A stretch of 63,107 bases of DNA, counting the filler, from Reticulomyxa filosa (taxonomy: Eukaryota > Protista > Foraminifera): the NCBI GenBank assembly GCA_000512085.1. It is 20 parts of 20 records of this genome, joined end to end, with 100 filler letters (N's around TTAATTAATTAA, not from the genome) between each part and the next. Parts side by side here need not be neighbours in the genome. Positions count along the whole stretch, not along the records: positions 22,111 to 28,128 come from ASPP01020493.1; positions 28,229 to 30,161 come from ASPP01010432.1; positions 30,262 to 31,488 come from ASPP01045454.1; positions 31,589 to 35,199 come from ASPP01005688.1; positions 35,300 to 37,512 come from ASPP01028282.1; 15 more parts are not named here. The stretch is one strand, 5' to 3'. Positions 23,522-36,802 of this stretch are shown here, piece after piece; position 1 is the stretch's first letter; each line of letters opens with the position of its first letter. The notes beneath the pieces were generated by a model. The model searched no databases, was not told where the DNA came from, and worked only from the letters and a program-made list of their open reading frames with translations. Made by a program: the position numbers and the translations under genes.

Positions 23522-24823
23522 GCTCCATCTGAGTAACATAAGCATGCTTGATCGTCTGTGATAATGTGTGTGTTTAAGTTGTTCATTATCTTTTTACGCT
23601 ATATGACTACCACTTCATCGACATTATTCAATGGTTCCAACGGTGGAAGTGACTTGTTTAATGGTTCCAATGATTGAGGCAACTTGTCAATTGTTTCCAA
23701 TGATGAAGGTAGCTTGTCAATTGTCTCTAATGGTGGTAACAGGTCAGCTTGTTCCAATGGCATATTTCTAATGGTTCCAATGGAAGAAGTTATTGTTCGG
23801 ACAATGTTTCTGACTCTTTGTTTTCATTTTCCATGTACAACTTTAGCAACTTTGAAACATGCAAAACCTTTTCAAAGCTTTGTTCGCTCTTGATCTTAAG
23901 AGTTACTGGGCCATGCGTTGAATAATTTTATACGGACCAACAAATTTTGTCAACAATTTGTTACATACTATCTGGTCCCCTACGAGTAATAGAACAGAAT
24001 CGCTTATTTCAAAACTATCTTTATGCTTGTTTTTGTTTTCATTTAGTGTCGCCGGAGTTTGTTCATATACCAGTCGTATCAAGATTCCAACCATAGATCT
24101 TAGCAACGATTCCATTAACCTTTCATCCGATGGTTTTAACCTCTTTCTTGCTAGGATATTAAATTCTGCATCGTATTCCAATTCCAACTTTAACGCGAAC
24201 TTTGCTTGTCTCCATCTTAGTAGAATATCATTGGGTCCCTCGTTATGACTTGTGCTAAATTAAAGCAGTTCCGAAATCCTTTCTGGTACGTAATGCTTGC
24301 CTTCAAATATTTTACACTACATATTTCTTACAAAATTCATCAGGAATTTGATATGTAGCCTTCCATGGCAAAAGTTGTCTTCGCCAACTTGGAAATTATA
24401 TCTGCATCCGTTGAAGATATATCGAAAACGATTGGATGGCTCCATTGTCAACTTCATTACTCGTGGTCCAGATGGCGAATATCCAGGTCTGTTCTAACAT
24501 CGTTTCGTGATTGCACCAGAAAATGCTGATCAATCAATAGCTGTTTAGTTGCATGGACACCTAGATCTGACTTGTAGCACAATTTAACATCACCTTTGTT
24601 TGATGTTTTTGCTCTGTCATCGCTTGTGGCCTTTGTGCTCCAACAGTTGTGTTAATTTTTGACCTGTTCATCCAATATCGACAATTGTTTCTTCAACGCT
24701 AGCTGATCATTGACGTCAGTGCAAATTAGTGACGTCATTTCCATGTTACTTTGTCTGTTCTTATCTTGCGTTTCAACACTGTTTTCAATAGGTGATACGT
24801 CCAAGTTTAGCTTTGTTGGCGTT

Positions 24824-24841
24824 CGCTAACAGTGGGTGCCA
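24824..24841 (-). promoter_or_regulatory. Primer-binding site of the LTR element
   Basis: The minus strand reads TGGCACCCACTGTTAGCG two bases inside the 5' LTR. TGG pairs with the tRNA 3'-CCA, and the site resembles the tRNA-Lys type TGGCGCCC. Confidence 0.75.
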
Positions 24842-24843
24842 AA

Positions 24844-25074
24844 TGTGGGACGTCCGCTGATAGTATCGGTGCACTAACTGTAATACGATAAGTGTTTACT
24901 AAGAATAGAATAGGGGTTTTCGTAAAATGAAAGTAGTTTAAATAATAAAACAAAATAACAAAGGAAAGTAAGAAAAGTAAGAAAGTAAGAAGTAGGTTTG
25001 TTGAGGAAGTTTAACATACTGGATTCCTCCGTTCCCTTAACGTTCAGATACTTACAATATGGACTTGCCATACA
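24844..25074 (-). repeat. 5' LTR
   Basis: About 230 bp with TG...CA ends. Followed on the minus strand by the PBS TGGCACCCACTG. Confidence 0.9.
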
Positions 25075-27283
25075 CTATTTATTTTCTTTGCAACAAAAAA
25101 AAAATTATCACAAGTGCGAGAATCAAATCAATGTTTTAAAATTTCCTCCTGTGAATAATCAAAATGGTCTCCAATTCAGTCAATTGTAATATTTATTTTT
25201 TTATTTATTGCTTTGAAAATAGTACTAAAAAAGTGATTTGGATAATGATAATAATTGAATATCAATTTTTTTTGTCACTGTTAATTAAGTTTTAAAAAGA
25301 TAATATTAACAAATTTTTGTTGTTTCAATTTAAATATCATTTTTAATAGCGCAATAAAATTGTATCTTCATATCTAAAAAAAAATGCTAACTTTCTCAAA
25401 AAATACATTATTGGTTGAAATATAATAAACCAGCCATTTGAATGACACTTGTAAGACGATCTCTAATATTGCTTGCAAAAAAAAATCATGGTAGTGCCAT
25501 TTTTTTCTGTCATCCATTTCATTTTATCTCTCCATAAAAATACACACAAGTTCGTATGGAGTTCTGTTGCTTTATGCATATGATACGATTTGTCTCTTGG
25601 AGAGGAAGCCAAATAAGACACATATGTCCATCAAGGCCATTTACGATTTCAAAAACTTTAAAAAATACACACCACTGCACTTTAAAAAAATTTTTTGATT
25701 TTTTTTTTCAATGATATTTCAAATATCATTGAAAAAGTCAAAAATTATTTAGTCCATTAAAAAAAAATTTCATTAAAAATTTGAAATGTAATCTCTTTTC
25801 TTTTGCATCAAATCTCAATGATAAATCCCTAAATTGGTAATTAGCCATCCATACATACCACCATTTAACACGTATCCAAAAACAGCATATTTTGTTCACT
25901 ACCAATGGAAGGAGATGAAGAATAACTCCATCCACATGGTTCCAAAATGGCATGAAATCACAAATCGAGTGTTTGCGGAGATACTTCGCTTACGACGACA
26001 GAAAGTATCGTCCAATTGTAATGTTCAGACCACTGAAATCACTTTGTGACCAGTATGATCAATTCAAACACTGTGATATATCTGTTCGTCAGTCTCCTTG
26101 CGTTTTCGACAAGTAACTGGCAGTCATCAATCCAGTAACATACGACACACCGCTAAACACGTGTCAATTTTGATTGTATATGTCATTCAATTTTGCAAGC
26201 TGGCCAAATAATTGTGTATGATATGGCCGTTCATGCATGATTGCATCACTCCATTCAAATTGAGGTACTGGTTCAACACGTTGATAGTTTGTGGAAACGC
26301 CAATCTTCAAGAATGATCAGATGATGATAAAACTGCACCACGTCCGGTACTAATTCATATCATTTCAAAATTTTTGATCGAGTTTTTAAAAAATAATAAT
26401 AATAATGATCCATACGTAAATATGTATATGTATATATCATTACTATTATTATCAAAATAATAAATGGATAGTCAAACAAAACTTGAGGTAAAAATCATCT
26501 TTAATTAAATTAAAAGTTGGGCAGAAACGATCTCAATCAAATTTTTGAGTCTCCTGTTCATCATAATCGCTCGTATGGACAATTGCGCAACTGTTCGTAT
26601 TTTCAATTTATCATTTATTGCATTATTCTGTCACCACATCGTTTAATACTGCAATTACTCCATTTTATGGATATTGCCTACTTATACTTGATTTCGTAAG
26701 TCATGTAGATCGTACTAACACTTTCGACAGAACTCACAACAATCAAGTCCTTTCTGAAAATCATGAACATTTTCCTTCTTTTTTGAAAAGTCTTTACTTT
26801 CTTCAATTTATTTCTTAATCTTTTTTTTTATAAAGATATCTTTATTTACGTTTTTTCCTTCCCAGGTTTCAAACTGAATATTGATATATTTTTGGTAAAA
26901 AAACGTTTGTATCTCTGTCTTTTTGTGATCATGATACATAAAAAAATGAAAAAAATGGAATTACCCCTTTTTTCATAGGTATTTTCAAAAATACATTCAT
27001 GTGATATTTGTGACGCACTGGTAAACGAATTGTTACTAACTGTTGCATTTCAATTGTGTAATGTATTACATTTACTTCTTAGATTTGAATATTGTTGTGG
27101 TAATGTCTGGCTGCAGTTTTTGTAGCTAACTCAACATGACAAATGGCTTCTCAATTTGTTGTTGACACTTTTAAACGCAAGACAGTTGTTTAGGGCCACC
27201 TCAATACAAAAGTTGGAAAACTTATTTAAAACTTAATCATATATTATATATACGTTCACGTCAATAAGAAAAGAAATATAAAA

Positions 27284-28128
27284 ATGACCTCTTCAGAGCA
27301 ATTAGCAAAGCCCATTCGGCTGAGTGATGGCACAGAAATATTTGAAACAGTGCAAACGAAGCAGCTGTACACAGTGGGTGGTTTTGCGGTGCATCAAAAG
27401 CCGTACCGGCGAAAAATCCCGCAAACTGAAGAAGAGATCCAATCGATAAAAGAAGAGGAGGTGGATATAAACCACAGTAAGAGACAATTTGCAGGAGGCA
27501 AAGCCCGTTCCGTTGTCGCTCAGTTGAGCGAAATATCACGAAATAGCTACGAAGCACAAAGGCATCCTTTATTTTACGACGGTTCGACAAAAATAAAAAC
27601 ATATAGTATTATATATGTATATAATATATATATATGTTTTCAAAAAAAAAAAAAAAAAAAAGAGGATGAAATCCCTTACGAAAAGTATGGACGTTTGCGA
27701 ATGGAATTGCATCGGTTTACTCAGGACTTGCAGGACTATGTGAAAGAGAGTAGCAATGAAGCAGAGAAGCAAACGGTGACATTGTTGACGCAATCGTTGA
27801 AAGAGTTGGCAAGAAATTTAGAGAATTTTCGGAACGAGACGAAATACCAGCCGTTTTTTGAAAAGACGTTTAGCTACCAATTGGAGAGTGTGAAGACGGC
27901 ACAATTGCAAAAGTTGGTCAGCAAAGTGAGTGGATTGAAGCAGTCGCTGTCGGTGTCTCACAAGTCCAATGAAGGCGAAAGCAAGCAACAAGACCAAGTC
28001 GTAGTGCAATTGCATCGATCAGAGAAGCCTACATTGGCATTGGGGACCATTGACTACCAATTCATCACTTACGAAGAAAGAATTGCCAAATTGGAAAAAT
28101 TGGTGGGATTTGTTGCTGACATGGTTTG
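27284..28128 (+). CDS. DCTN2: Dynactin subunit 2 (p50/dynamitin), 3'-partial
   Basis: DGTEIFET, EEEVDINHSKRQF, EIPYEKYGRLRMEL and EERIAKLEKLVG match dynamitin motifs. In-frame intron at 27582-27662. Confidence 0.75.
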
Positions 28129-28255
28129 NNNNNNNNNNNNNNNNNNNNNNNNNNNNNNNNNNNNNNNNNNNNTTAATTAATTAANNNNNNNNNNNNNNNN
28201 NNNNNNNNNNNNNNNNNNNNNNNNNNNNATATATATATATTTTCAAGTGAATATA

Positions 28256-30101
28256 TCATAAAAAAAAAAAAAACAAAAAAAAACCCCAGGTCTGTCGAGA
28301 TGTCGGCATGTTCAGATCAGGAGAAATTGGGAATCCAACCAAATTAATTCTGGCACCATCCACAGTAACGTCCGTCCGATTTCTGCTGTCGTCACCATCG
28401 ATAGTGTTGTACAATCCTAATTCCCTGCTCAAGTAGAATTGTGGATCGAATCCACCGCTATTGGAGTCTTCTTCCATTCTCGATTGCGGTTGTATTTGCG
28501 ACTGTTGTTGTTGTGATTGCAACTGTGACTGTGATTGCGGCTGGGTCGATGATGGTATGGATATCTCCGCGATTCCATTGATTCTACTCACATTGATATG
28601 CGGGACAGTACCACTTCGGCTGCTTCGACTTTCTTCTCTCTTTTCTTCCGGTTGCAAGTCCAAATCAATTTCCATGCTGGTAGCAACGTCCACGTCAATA
28701 TTCATTTCGAATTCGTCGTTATTGTCGCGAGGAGGGTGGTCTTCAGGCCGTTGTCGAACCGCAGAGCGCACCGCACTTTCGACAATCGACTGTTGGTGGC
28801 TGTTGTAAATACCGTCGTTTGTGTTTTGGAGATCGTTGTCGCTGCAATCGTCTCCAAATCCATACAAATTCTGTTTCGCTTGTTTGATGTTGTTGTGATC
28901 CTTGGGATTCAATTCCATCGCTTTATCAAAGCATAGCAACGCTTTTTCTTTTTTGTCTACTTTTTTGTAAACCTCAGCCAATTGAAAGTGTACCTTCCAT
29001 TCCCATGGAACTACCTTCAATAGTCTTTTTTTTTTATTTAAAACATCAAAAAAAAAAATTATATAGACAATGTTTGCAGCAACAAAGAGGATAGATAACA
29101 AATAAGTAAATGATATCATTAAAAACACATGTAACATATGTCGTGTATGTATGTAACGTAACGATTCATATTCATCAATGGCAGCGTCGTATCTCGCCAT
29201 TTGCTTCAATACATTGGCCTTTTGAAACTTGGCACGAACATTGGAGGGTTGGATCTCCAAGGCTTGATTGACATAATGCAAAGCGGTTTCAAATTTGTTT
29301 TGGCTCATCAAAGCCGTGGAAATGCAACAGTAGAGGAGCACGCATTGGCTGTTGATTTCCAAGGCCTTTTCAAAATGGTAAATCGCATACTCATATTGCT
29401 GCTGATAATGATAGATATACCCCAGCCCATACCACGCGTTGTAATGGCGAGGGTCTAATTTCAATGCCTCTCGAAACACGAGCTTGGCTTGGTCAAAGTT
29501 TTCATTTGCCATATGTTCATGGCCTGTGAGGGGAGAAAAAAAAAAATTATTATCATTATTATTATTATTACATAATTTCACGCAATAATTGTTATAATGT
29601 TGTTTAGTACGTATACATACTACAAACATTGAAAAAGTATAACTTAACCTTGCAAGGTGTATGCGTAGGCATAATGAGGGTTGAGTGCAACCGCACGAGC
29701 AAATCGGCGAATGGCTTCGTCATGCGACTTGGACTGCGAAAAGCAGTTTCCAATGACGACCCATGTCTCTGGTGACATTTTGTCCATTTCGGAACAGTGT
29801 TGTGCTAGCAAGGTCAATTCGGTGACCTCTCGCGTGTGCCACAACGTAGTGGAATAGTAATCCAATCCTTCCATTCGATAGGGGTATTTCGCATGCAGCT
29901 GCTTATATTCGCCAATGGCCCTGGAGTAGTCATTCATTTCGAAGAAGCATTTGGCCACACATTCCAAGACGAGTGCGGATTGGCGGTGCACTTGTGGAAG
30001 CTTCATTAAATATTTCAACGACTCTTTCATTTGGTATTGTCTCAAATACAAATATCCCAAAGAGATATTGCGCAATACGTCGTGCCAAAGTTTTTTTTAT
30101 C
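28256..30101 (-). CDS. CDC27: Anaphase-promoting complex subunit 3 (Cdc27), partial, multi-exon
   Basis: PYRMEGLDYYSTTLWH, SPETWVVIGNCFS and YAYAYTLQG|HEH...DPRHYNAWYGLG are diagnostic Cdc27 TPR segments. Confidence 0.92.
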
Positions 30102-30302
30102 TAGTGTTGCACTATCATTGTCATCACCATCATTATCATCATTATCATCATTATCATCATTNNNNNNNNNNNNNNNNNNNNNNNNNNNNNNNNNNNNNNN
30201 NNNNNTTAATTAATTAANNNNNNNNNNNNNNNNNNNNNNNNNNNNNNNNNNNNNNNNNNNNTTTTTGTTGTTGTTGTTTTTTTTTTTTAATTGTGTTACT
30301 AG

Positions 30303-31394
30303 GGACAAAGGTGGGGATCGATGTCCGAAAAAAATACTTCAAATTACTGTTGGAACAAGATATTGGATACCATGACAAAAAGAATAGTGGAAGGCTAAAT
30401 ACAAAATTGCTGAGTGAAACACACGCCATTGACAATGCGATTGGAGCGAAAACAGGGTTTGCATTTCAACGCGTGATTACATTTTGCGTAGGAATGGGAC
30501 TCGCCTTTTGGTACTCGTGGAAAATGGCATTGGTCCTAATCGCGTGTGTGCCGGCAATGATTATGGTCGGTACAATCCAAGGACTGCTGTGGAAAGGCGC
30601 GGGTGGCCAAAATGCAGACCCGTTCGTCGACGCCAGTAGCTTCAGTTATGAAATGATGATCAATATTCGTACTGTCAAGGCCTATCCAGCTTTACTGCAC
30701 ACCAAAGTCGTCGAATATGGAGACATTTTGTATCGACGGTATCCCGTTTCTAAAAAAAGATCCTTAATTATTGGTGTTGGCCTTGGATTAATGTTGTTTT
30801 CGTTACGTTTTATTTATTTTATTTAATGAGACATATATTTCATATTTTGTATTATATATACATATATATAAATATATATGTATATATACTTTAAAATATA
30901 GAATGCTTGGAGTAATGTACGGAATTGGGCTATGGTATGGCTCCACGTTGGTAGAAAAAAATAGCATTCGTGTGGGAGACATGTTTGGATGCTATTTTAG
31001 CTTTATCATAGCTGGCATGGCTCTGGGCGAGGCAGGGTCGGTTGCTACCGATTTGACCAATGGCACCAGCAGCGCCAACCAGTTCTACCATATCCAACAA
31101 CGCAATGTCGAAATGAAACAGGCAGATATTGACGACCCCATTGTAAAGAAACAGCCTTTGAAAGGCGAAATCGAGTTCCGTAACGTGTCGTTTGTGTATC
31201 CAACCTCTCCTGACAAGCTGGTCATTACCAATTTGTCTTTCAAAGTTCGTCATGGCCAAACATTTGCAATTGTCGGTCCAAGTGGGTCCGGCAAATCCAC
31301 CATTGTCAGTCTGTTGGAAAGATATTACGACCCAAAATTTGGAGAGATCTTTGTGGATGGCGAACTGATTCATAATTATGACATCCATTTTTTA
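30303..31394 (+). CDS. ABCB/MDR (P-glycoprotein-like) transporter, internal fragment (TMD1 plus start of NBD1)
   Basis: QDIGYHD...SGRLNTKL, NIRTVKAY, GEIEFRNVSFVYP, Walker A GPSGSGKST and LLERYYDP. Confidence 0.92.
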
Positions 31395-31646
31395 GTTTTG
31401 TTTTCTAAAAAAATATTTCTGACAGAAGAAGAAGGAGGGGATCTAAAAAAAAACAAACATAAAATTATGTAAACTCCTTTTTTTTTTTNNNNNNNNNNNN
31501 NNNNNNNNNNNNNNNNNNNNNNNNNNNNNNNNTTAATTAATTAANNNNNNNNNNNNNNNNNNNNNNNNNNNNNNNNNNNNNNNNNNNNAAGTAGTTTTAT
31601 TTAAATGCATTGAGCTTTTTTTTTTTTTATATATTATTGAAATCAG

Positions 31647-33028
31647 GCAAATTGTCGAATAATGCAGCAGATTATTTGCTGGAAACGGAATATCTGTCCA
31701 CAACGAAGAAATTTCGGGAGCACTGGCAAAGCTATCAAAGCATCAAAATGCCCAACTTGGAGGAGTTGATAATGGCAGAGGTTGGCAAATGCCAAGTAAA
31801 TAAGAAAGTGCTGTTGGAACAAAGCATGTGGCTGTGGTATAAACAACACTGCAGAGACTTGTGGTCGGTGAAGGAGATGATGCAGGATTGGCGTGCTTTT
31901 GTAGGACTGCTGTGGAGATCTGGTCGTTACTATTTCCGAAGGTGGAAAGTCGTGCTGGGCAATTTTCTTATCAATATCTTGGGCGGTGTGGTACTGGGGT
32001 TAATCTATGGAAAACTAGGCACTGATCAAGAAGATGTGCAAAACCGATTTGGTAGTTTGGGATTTCTTACAATGTTTATCGGTATTCAAAGCATTGCCAG
32101 TTCTGGCATTTTCATTGAACAGGTGATTTTTTAGTTACGAAACAAACAAAAAAAATTGCACATTTTTTTTATACGTATACTGGTTATCATTAGATTTTTT
32201 TTTTTATGTGTGATGTCGTTGTTCCGTTCGTGTTTTTCTTTTTGATTCAATTATTTATAAATACATTTATATGTATATAATTGTATTGTACATATGTGTG
32301 TATATCTGTATATAGCGAGAAATATTCATTGATGAACGAAATGCTCGCTTGTATGGGCCAATCCCTTTCTTGGCTGCTCGTAGCCTTCCGGACATGATTT
32401 TGATGCGCATTTTGCCATCCATGGTCTTTGGCGGCATTTTGTTCAGCATGCTAGGATACCAACATCATACTCTGCCCGCTTTTTTAGGTGTCATTGCTTT
32501 GTTGTCTTCCGTTACTGCATTGTTTGTATTCGCTATTTCATGCATTTGTGCAGAATCGTTTACTTCAGGTATATGCATCCATTGTTTTTTTAAAACATGT
32601 TTTCAATCCTTTGTTTTTGTTGGAATTTATTTTTTTTTTTTTTAATCCAAATAGGTGCGGTGTCCATTTTTGCAAATTTGCTATTCATGTTGTATAGTGG
32701 CATATTTATTCAAAATCAAACCCAAATGCCTTGGATCGTTGCGTGGCCTAAATATTTGTCTTTTTATAACCAAGCATTTGAAATTCTATTTGTGAATGAA
32801 ATGCATGGCTTGGTATTTACTATCACAAATGCCGATGTAACTGTCAATGGAGTAAACATCAATACTAGCGGACTGGAGGTCCACTTGACAGGGGATTACT
32901 TCATTTCATTTTTTGGGTTCAAACAAAGCAACAGAAATAGAGATGTTGGCTTATTGGTCACTTGGCTCGTCTTATACTTTGCAATAGGAGTTTTGGCCTT
33001 GCAGTTCTTGCATCGGTCGAAACGATAA
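31647..33028 (+). CDS. ABCG (White-family) transporter, C-terminal transmembrane domain, multi-exon
   Basis: NAADYLLE, DVQNRFGSLGF, REIFIDER, LFMLYSGIFI and KYLSFYNQAFEILFVNE. Confidence 0.88.
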
Positions 33029-33900
33029 TTGTCTGTACCATTGTTTACACGGGTTTTTGTGTTGTGGTTTATAATGGTGGTTGGACGAAGGAAGGGGGAA
33101 AAAACAAATTTGTTGATATGTTCGCCTTCAAGAAGGGTTTATTTGTCAGTTTATCCAACAAACACATAATATAAATTTAGTAACAACACTCAACCATCCC
33201 ACAAATGGGTAACAAAAAAATCTCAAAAAAACTTCTCAGTTTGAGAGATACTTTATGTTCTCTATGTTCACAAAGTAACTGTATTTTTATTTGCTTTCAA
33301 AATGATGAGTAATGGAACTGAAATTTTTCATTGTTTCTTTGCTTTAAGAAAATTATTGTAAATGAAATACTGCAATTTAAACGTTTCAGAATTGTTCTTT
33401 CAGATATTACATGTGGTTTTGATTTGGAAGCGAGAGTTAATTTCTTGTTAATAAATTGTTAAAGTAGATTGGAGATGCCATTAAAAGGTTTGATTAATTT
33501 TAATGATGTTCAGAAATTTGTCTGTTTAAAATGATAAGATTTTCTTTCACAAACGTTTTTGTTTTTTTTCGATTAACTTTGTTGCATGTTATTGCTGTTC
33601 TGAAAAAATATGCATAAAAAGTACTTGATGAATACACTAGAAATAACCACTTCATACTGTATCGTCGCAGCATCCTGCTGTGTATATAACTAGTAGAAAC
33701 TATTCAAAAGACAAATATCTACTAAATTGAAAATACAGGCTGTCAAACATTGACATTGTCTGTAACAAAAGCGTTAAAAAATTTAAAACAAGAAATTTCG
33801 TCTGTCACGTTTTGGACCCCCTTTCATAAAGATTACTTGGGTAATCATGTTTTGGTAGCAATTGATTCTTTTCAAACAGTGAAACCTTGGATTCGACAAT

Positions 33901-35199
33901 ATGGCCTTTTTTACAAAAAATCAGTTCTCGTCTGTAGATCAACAAAATTTGATATGTCCCGAAGACACACAAGAAGACGAGTACATGGATATGCGATCGA
34001 GGACTCCGAGTAAAAGGTTTCTACCTATGAAGTTGCAGCAGGTTACCGTGAACACGTCTCGACAGGGTAAAGCAAAAGAAGTGAGGTTCCAGGAGGAAGA
34101 GAAGCAGAACGAACTTCGCCCACCGGTGCGTTCCTACTCGTATCCAAGTGTGGGTTCAGTTGACAAGTTGCAAGAGCTACCACAAGGGCCATGGGCAGCA
34201 TTCATAAACACATCATTCAATCATTTGATGCACGCCGCCCCGTCTCTGGCCGTACCTTTTACACGACGGAAAACGCGTATAACACGAAACGCAAGAGATA
34301 ACTTAGTTAAAAAAAAAAAAAAAAAAGCAATGATCCATTTTTATCTCAATGTACGTATACATAAATTTAAAAATAAAAAAATAAATAATACGTAATAATA
34401 AGTAAATGATAATGATAACAATAATAATAAAAGGCAGTTGCATGGCGTAAGAATGAAAGTTTTCGTCACATTGTGCGTGAATTAGCACGTGAGTCGACAT
34501 GGAAGACAAATACACGGGCGTTTGTCGCAATTTATGCTTGCGTGATTTTGTGGATTGGGGCTTGGAACATTATTACGAATTGCTACGAGTATTTTCCAAA
34601 GGTGATAGACAAGTATCTGGCACACGACGCCGCTCAAAATTTGGCGTACAGTTGCATCGGCGTATTGATCGTGTGGAGCAGTGGGACATTATATCAAAAC
34701 GCAGGGTTTCAAGGGTCCAACCGGCCTTCGGAATTTTTTTCATATACACATGTGAAACTGTCAGGGCAGCAAAAGGATAGCAATAGACAAGAACAACAAA
34801 GCAAAAGGGGAAATAAAAAAACGGGCCCCACGTCATATACACCTGTTGCAAACGCAAACGCAAATGCAAACGCAAACGTAAACGTACACAGTGTGACACT
34901 TGCACAATGTAGCGATGGTAGTGGTAGTGGTGGTGGTGTAACCGATCCATCTATCCCCCGCATGTAGGTGCTGCTTTGGATCCGACGTCATTGCTACCTT
35001 TGCATTCGCAATCGCGTTCGTATTCGCATACGTATATACAACAATCGCAATCGCAATCGCAATCGCAGCTTTATTCGCAGTCGATATCAAACACTCCTTC
35101 TTTGACAAGGGGAGAGAGTAGTGATGAGGGAAACGCTTACCAAAAGCAGATGAGGACCTCAGTGTTAATCGACAACAGTGATCATGACCACGACCACGA
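33901..35199 (+). CDS. Putative membrane protein, 3'-partial, with low-complexity tracts
   Basis: Two exons with an intron at about 34305-34433. TM-like segments FVAIYACVILWIGAWNII and LAYSCIGVLIVW. (NA)n and (QS)n tracts. Frameshift in a C-run near 34958. Confidence 0.55.
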
Positions 35200-35299
35200 N
35201 NNNNNNNNNNNNNNNNNNNNNNNNNNNNNNNNNNNNNNNNNNNTTAATTAATTAANNNNNNNNNNNNNNNNNNNNNNNNNNNNNNNNNNNNNNNNNNNN

Positions 35300-35431
35300 G
35301 ATAAAGAAGATAATGGAATATATTGTCTTAAATTTATTGTATTAAAAAATAAAGATAAGACAAAGAATGTCACATATGATTCAAATTTGTGTTATGGTTT
35401 AGGCAATGGTCTCATTCGTATTTGGGGATAA
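35300..35431 (+). CDS. C-terminal end of a WD40-repeat protein
   Basis: DKEDNGIYCLKF...LCYGLGNGLIRIWG* is paralogous to the end of 36803-37512. Confidence 0.7.
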   Translation, partial: DKEDNGIYCLKFIVLKNKDKTKNVTYDSNLCYGLGNGLIRIWG

Positions 35432-36802
35432 TTTACTGGTTGTCGAATAAGAAAGTATCTTTGTTTGAAAAGTTTGATTAAAAGAAAAGTAAGGTAATAT
35501 CAAACTTGTTTGATTTAATTAAATGCAAGAGTGGAAGGATGTGTTTTATTTTACTTTGTTGTTTAAAAAAATTGAAAAAGCTGCATTCAATGTTTTTTAA
35601 AGAATTAAAAAGCATAATAAATAAGATTTGATCGAATATTAAAATATGTTGCAACATATTTTAAGTATTACGTTTTCTTCAATACTAAATTTTAATTTTT
35701 TTTTGTACAGTATCGAATATTCATTTCTGTTTTGTATTTGCATCATGTTCGTTACATTACGTCTTCAGTCTAAAATATATTAGTTCAAAAAAGGTGCCAA
35801 AGAGAAAATGTAATTTTATTTAAACGTTGATGACATTATTGTTTCTGTTTATCGTGTATGCATATGATGCAATTAACAAGTTACATATCATTTGATATTA
35901 TGCATTCATTTCAATCAATTTTCTAAATTGATAGTCAATCTTGTCTTTCTGTCAAAATCAAAAAATGATAATCCTTTAGAACGTTTGTTCACATTAATTT
36001 GAGTATATGTTCTTTCTCTATTAAAAATTCAGACTAGTATTCGTGCATAGCATTAACTCGGCCACGTTTGGATGATTATCTGTTTTTGTATTCCTTTGTC
36101 TGGTTTGTGATACAATACAAAATGATATGTAGTGTATAATGCAAATATTTATCATTTATCCAATCTGAATTTTTCATTGTTTGCAAAAAAATGTTATAAT
36201 TCAAGCAAATCATTTCTATCAAACTTAAATGAGCATTCATTAATTGAACTCAAAGGTATACAAAAGTGTGTTTTATTTTTAAAAATAATCAGTTTGTTAA
36301 AATGAAAAGAGTGAATTTGATTGAATTGATATAGTAAATAATTTGAGGATCATTGAATAATAGATGATTTGTACGTAATCAAAGATGGTAAATATGATAA
36401 TGAATGGAAAATATTATTTAAAGAAACATCTGTCTCTAATTGCAAAAGAAACAACAAAATGATGCAATGCTATTGCCAATGGATTTTTAGTTTGTTAAAC
36501 ATAAAGATTGTATCCAAAAAATCATGTTTGCTCAGATTATGCATAATTTGATCATAATTTGTGCGAAACAATAAAAAAATAACTTATTCTCTTTCCAATT
36601 GGGTCGATATACAAAAAAAAACATTTCTTTTTTCAACACATTTGAGACATCAAGTAACTTATTTCATAAATTCATAAATGAATTGTTCTTCTTTTTTATT
36701 AGAAAAAAAAATAATAAATCAAACAACAATACAAATTTTAACATAAATAGTTTTAAATGAATTTTGTTAATGTCTTTTCAATTCAAAAAAAAATTTGGTA
36801 AT

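Larger units (their letters stand above)
23279..25074 (-). mobile_element. Internally deleted, degenerate Ty3/gypsy LTR retrotransposon (about 1.8 kb)
   Basis: Direct repeats with TG...CA ends at 23279-23508 and 24844-25074. 4-bp TSD CTAT at 23275-23278 and 25075-25078. PBS and PPT on the minus strand. Integrase C-terminal GPY/F remnant VGDQIVCNKLLTKFVGPYKII. Confidence 0.92.

Noticed and set aside
25480-26350. GC-richer, coding-looking tract on the minus strand
   Set aside because: All frames are interrupted and no family could be recognised. It is probably a pseudogene but cannot be supported as a named feature.
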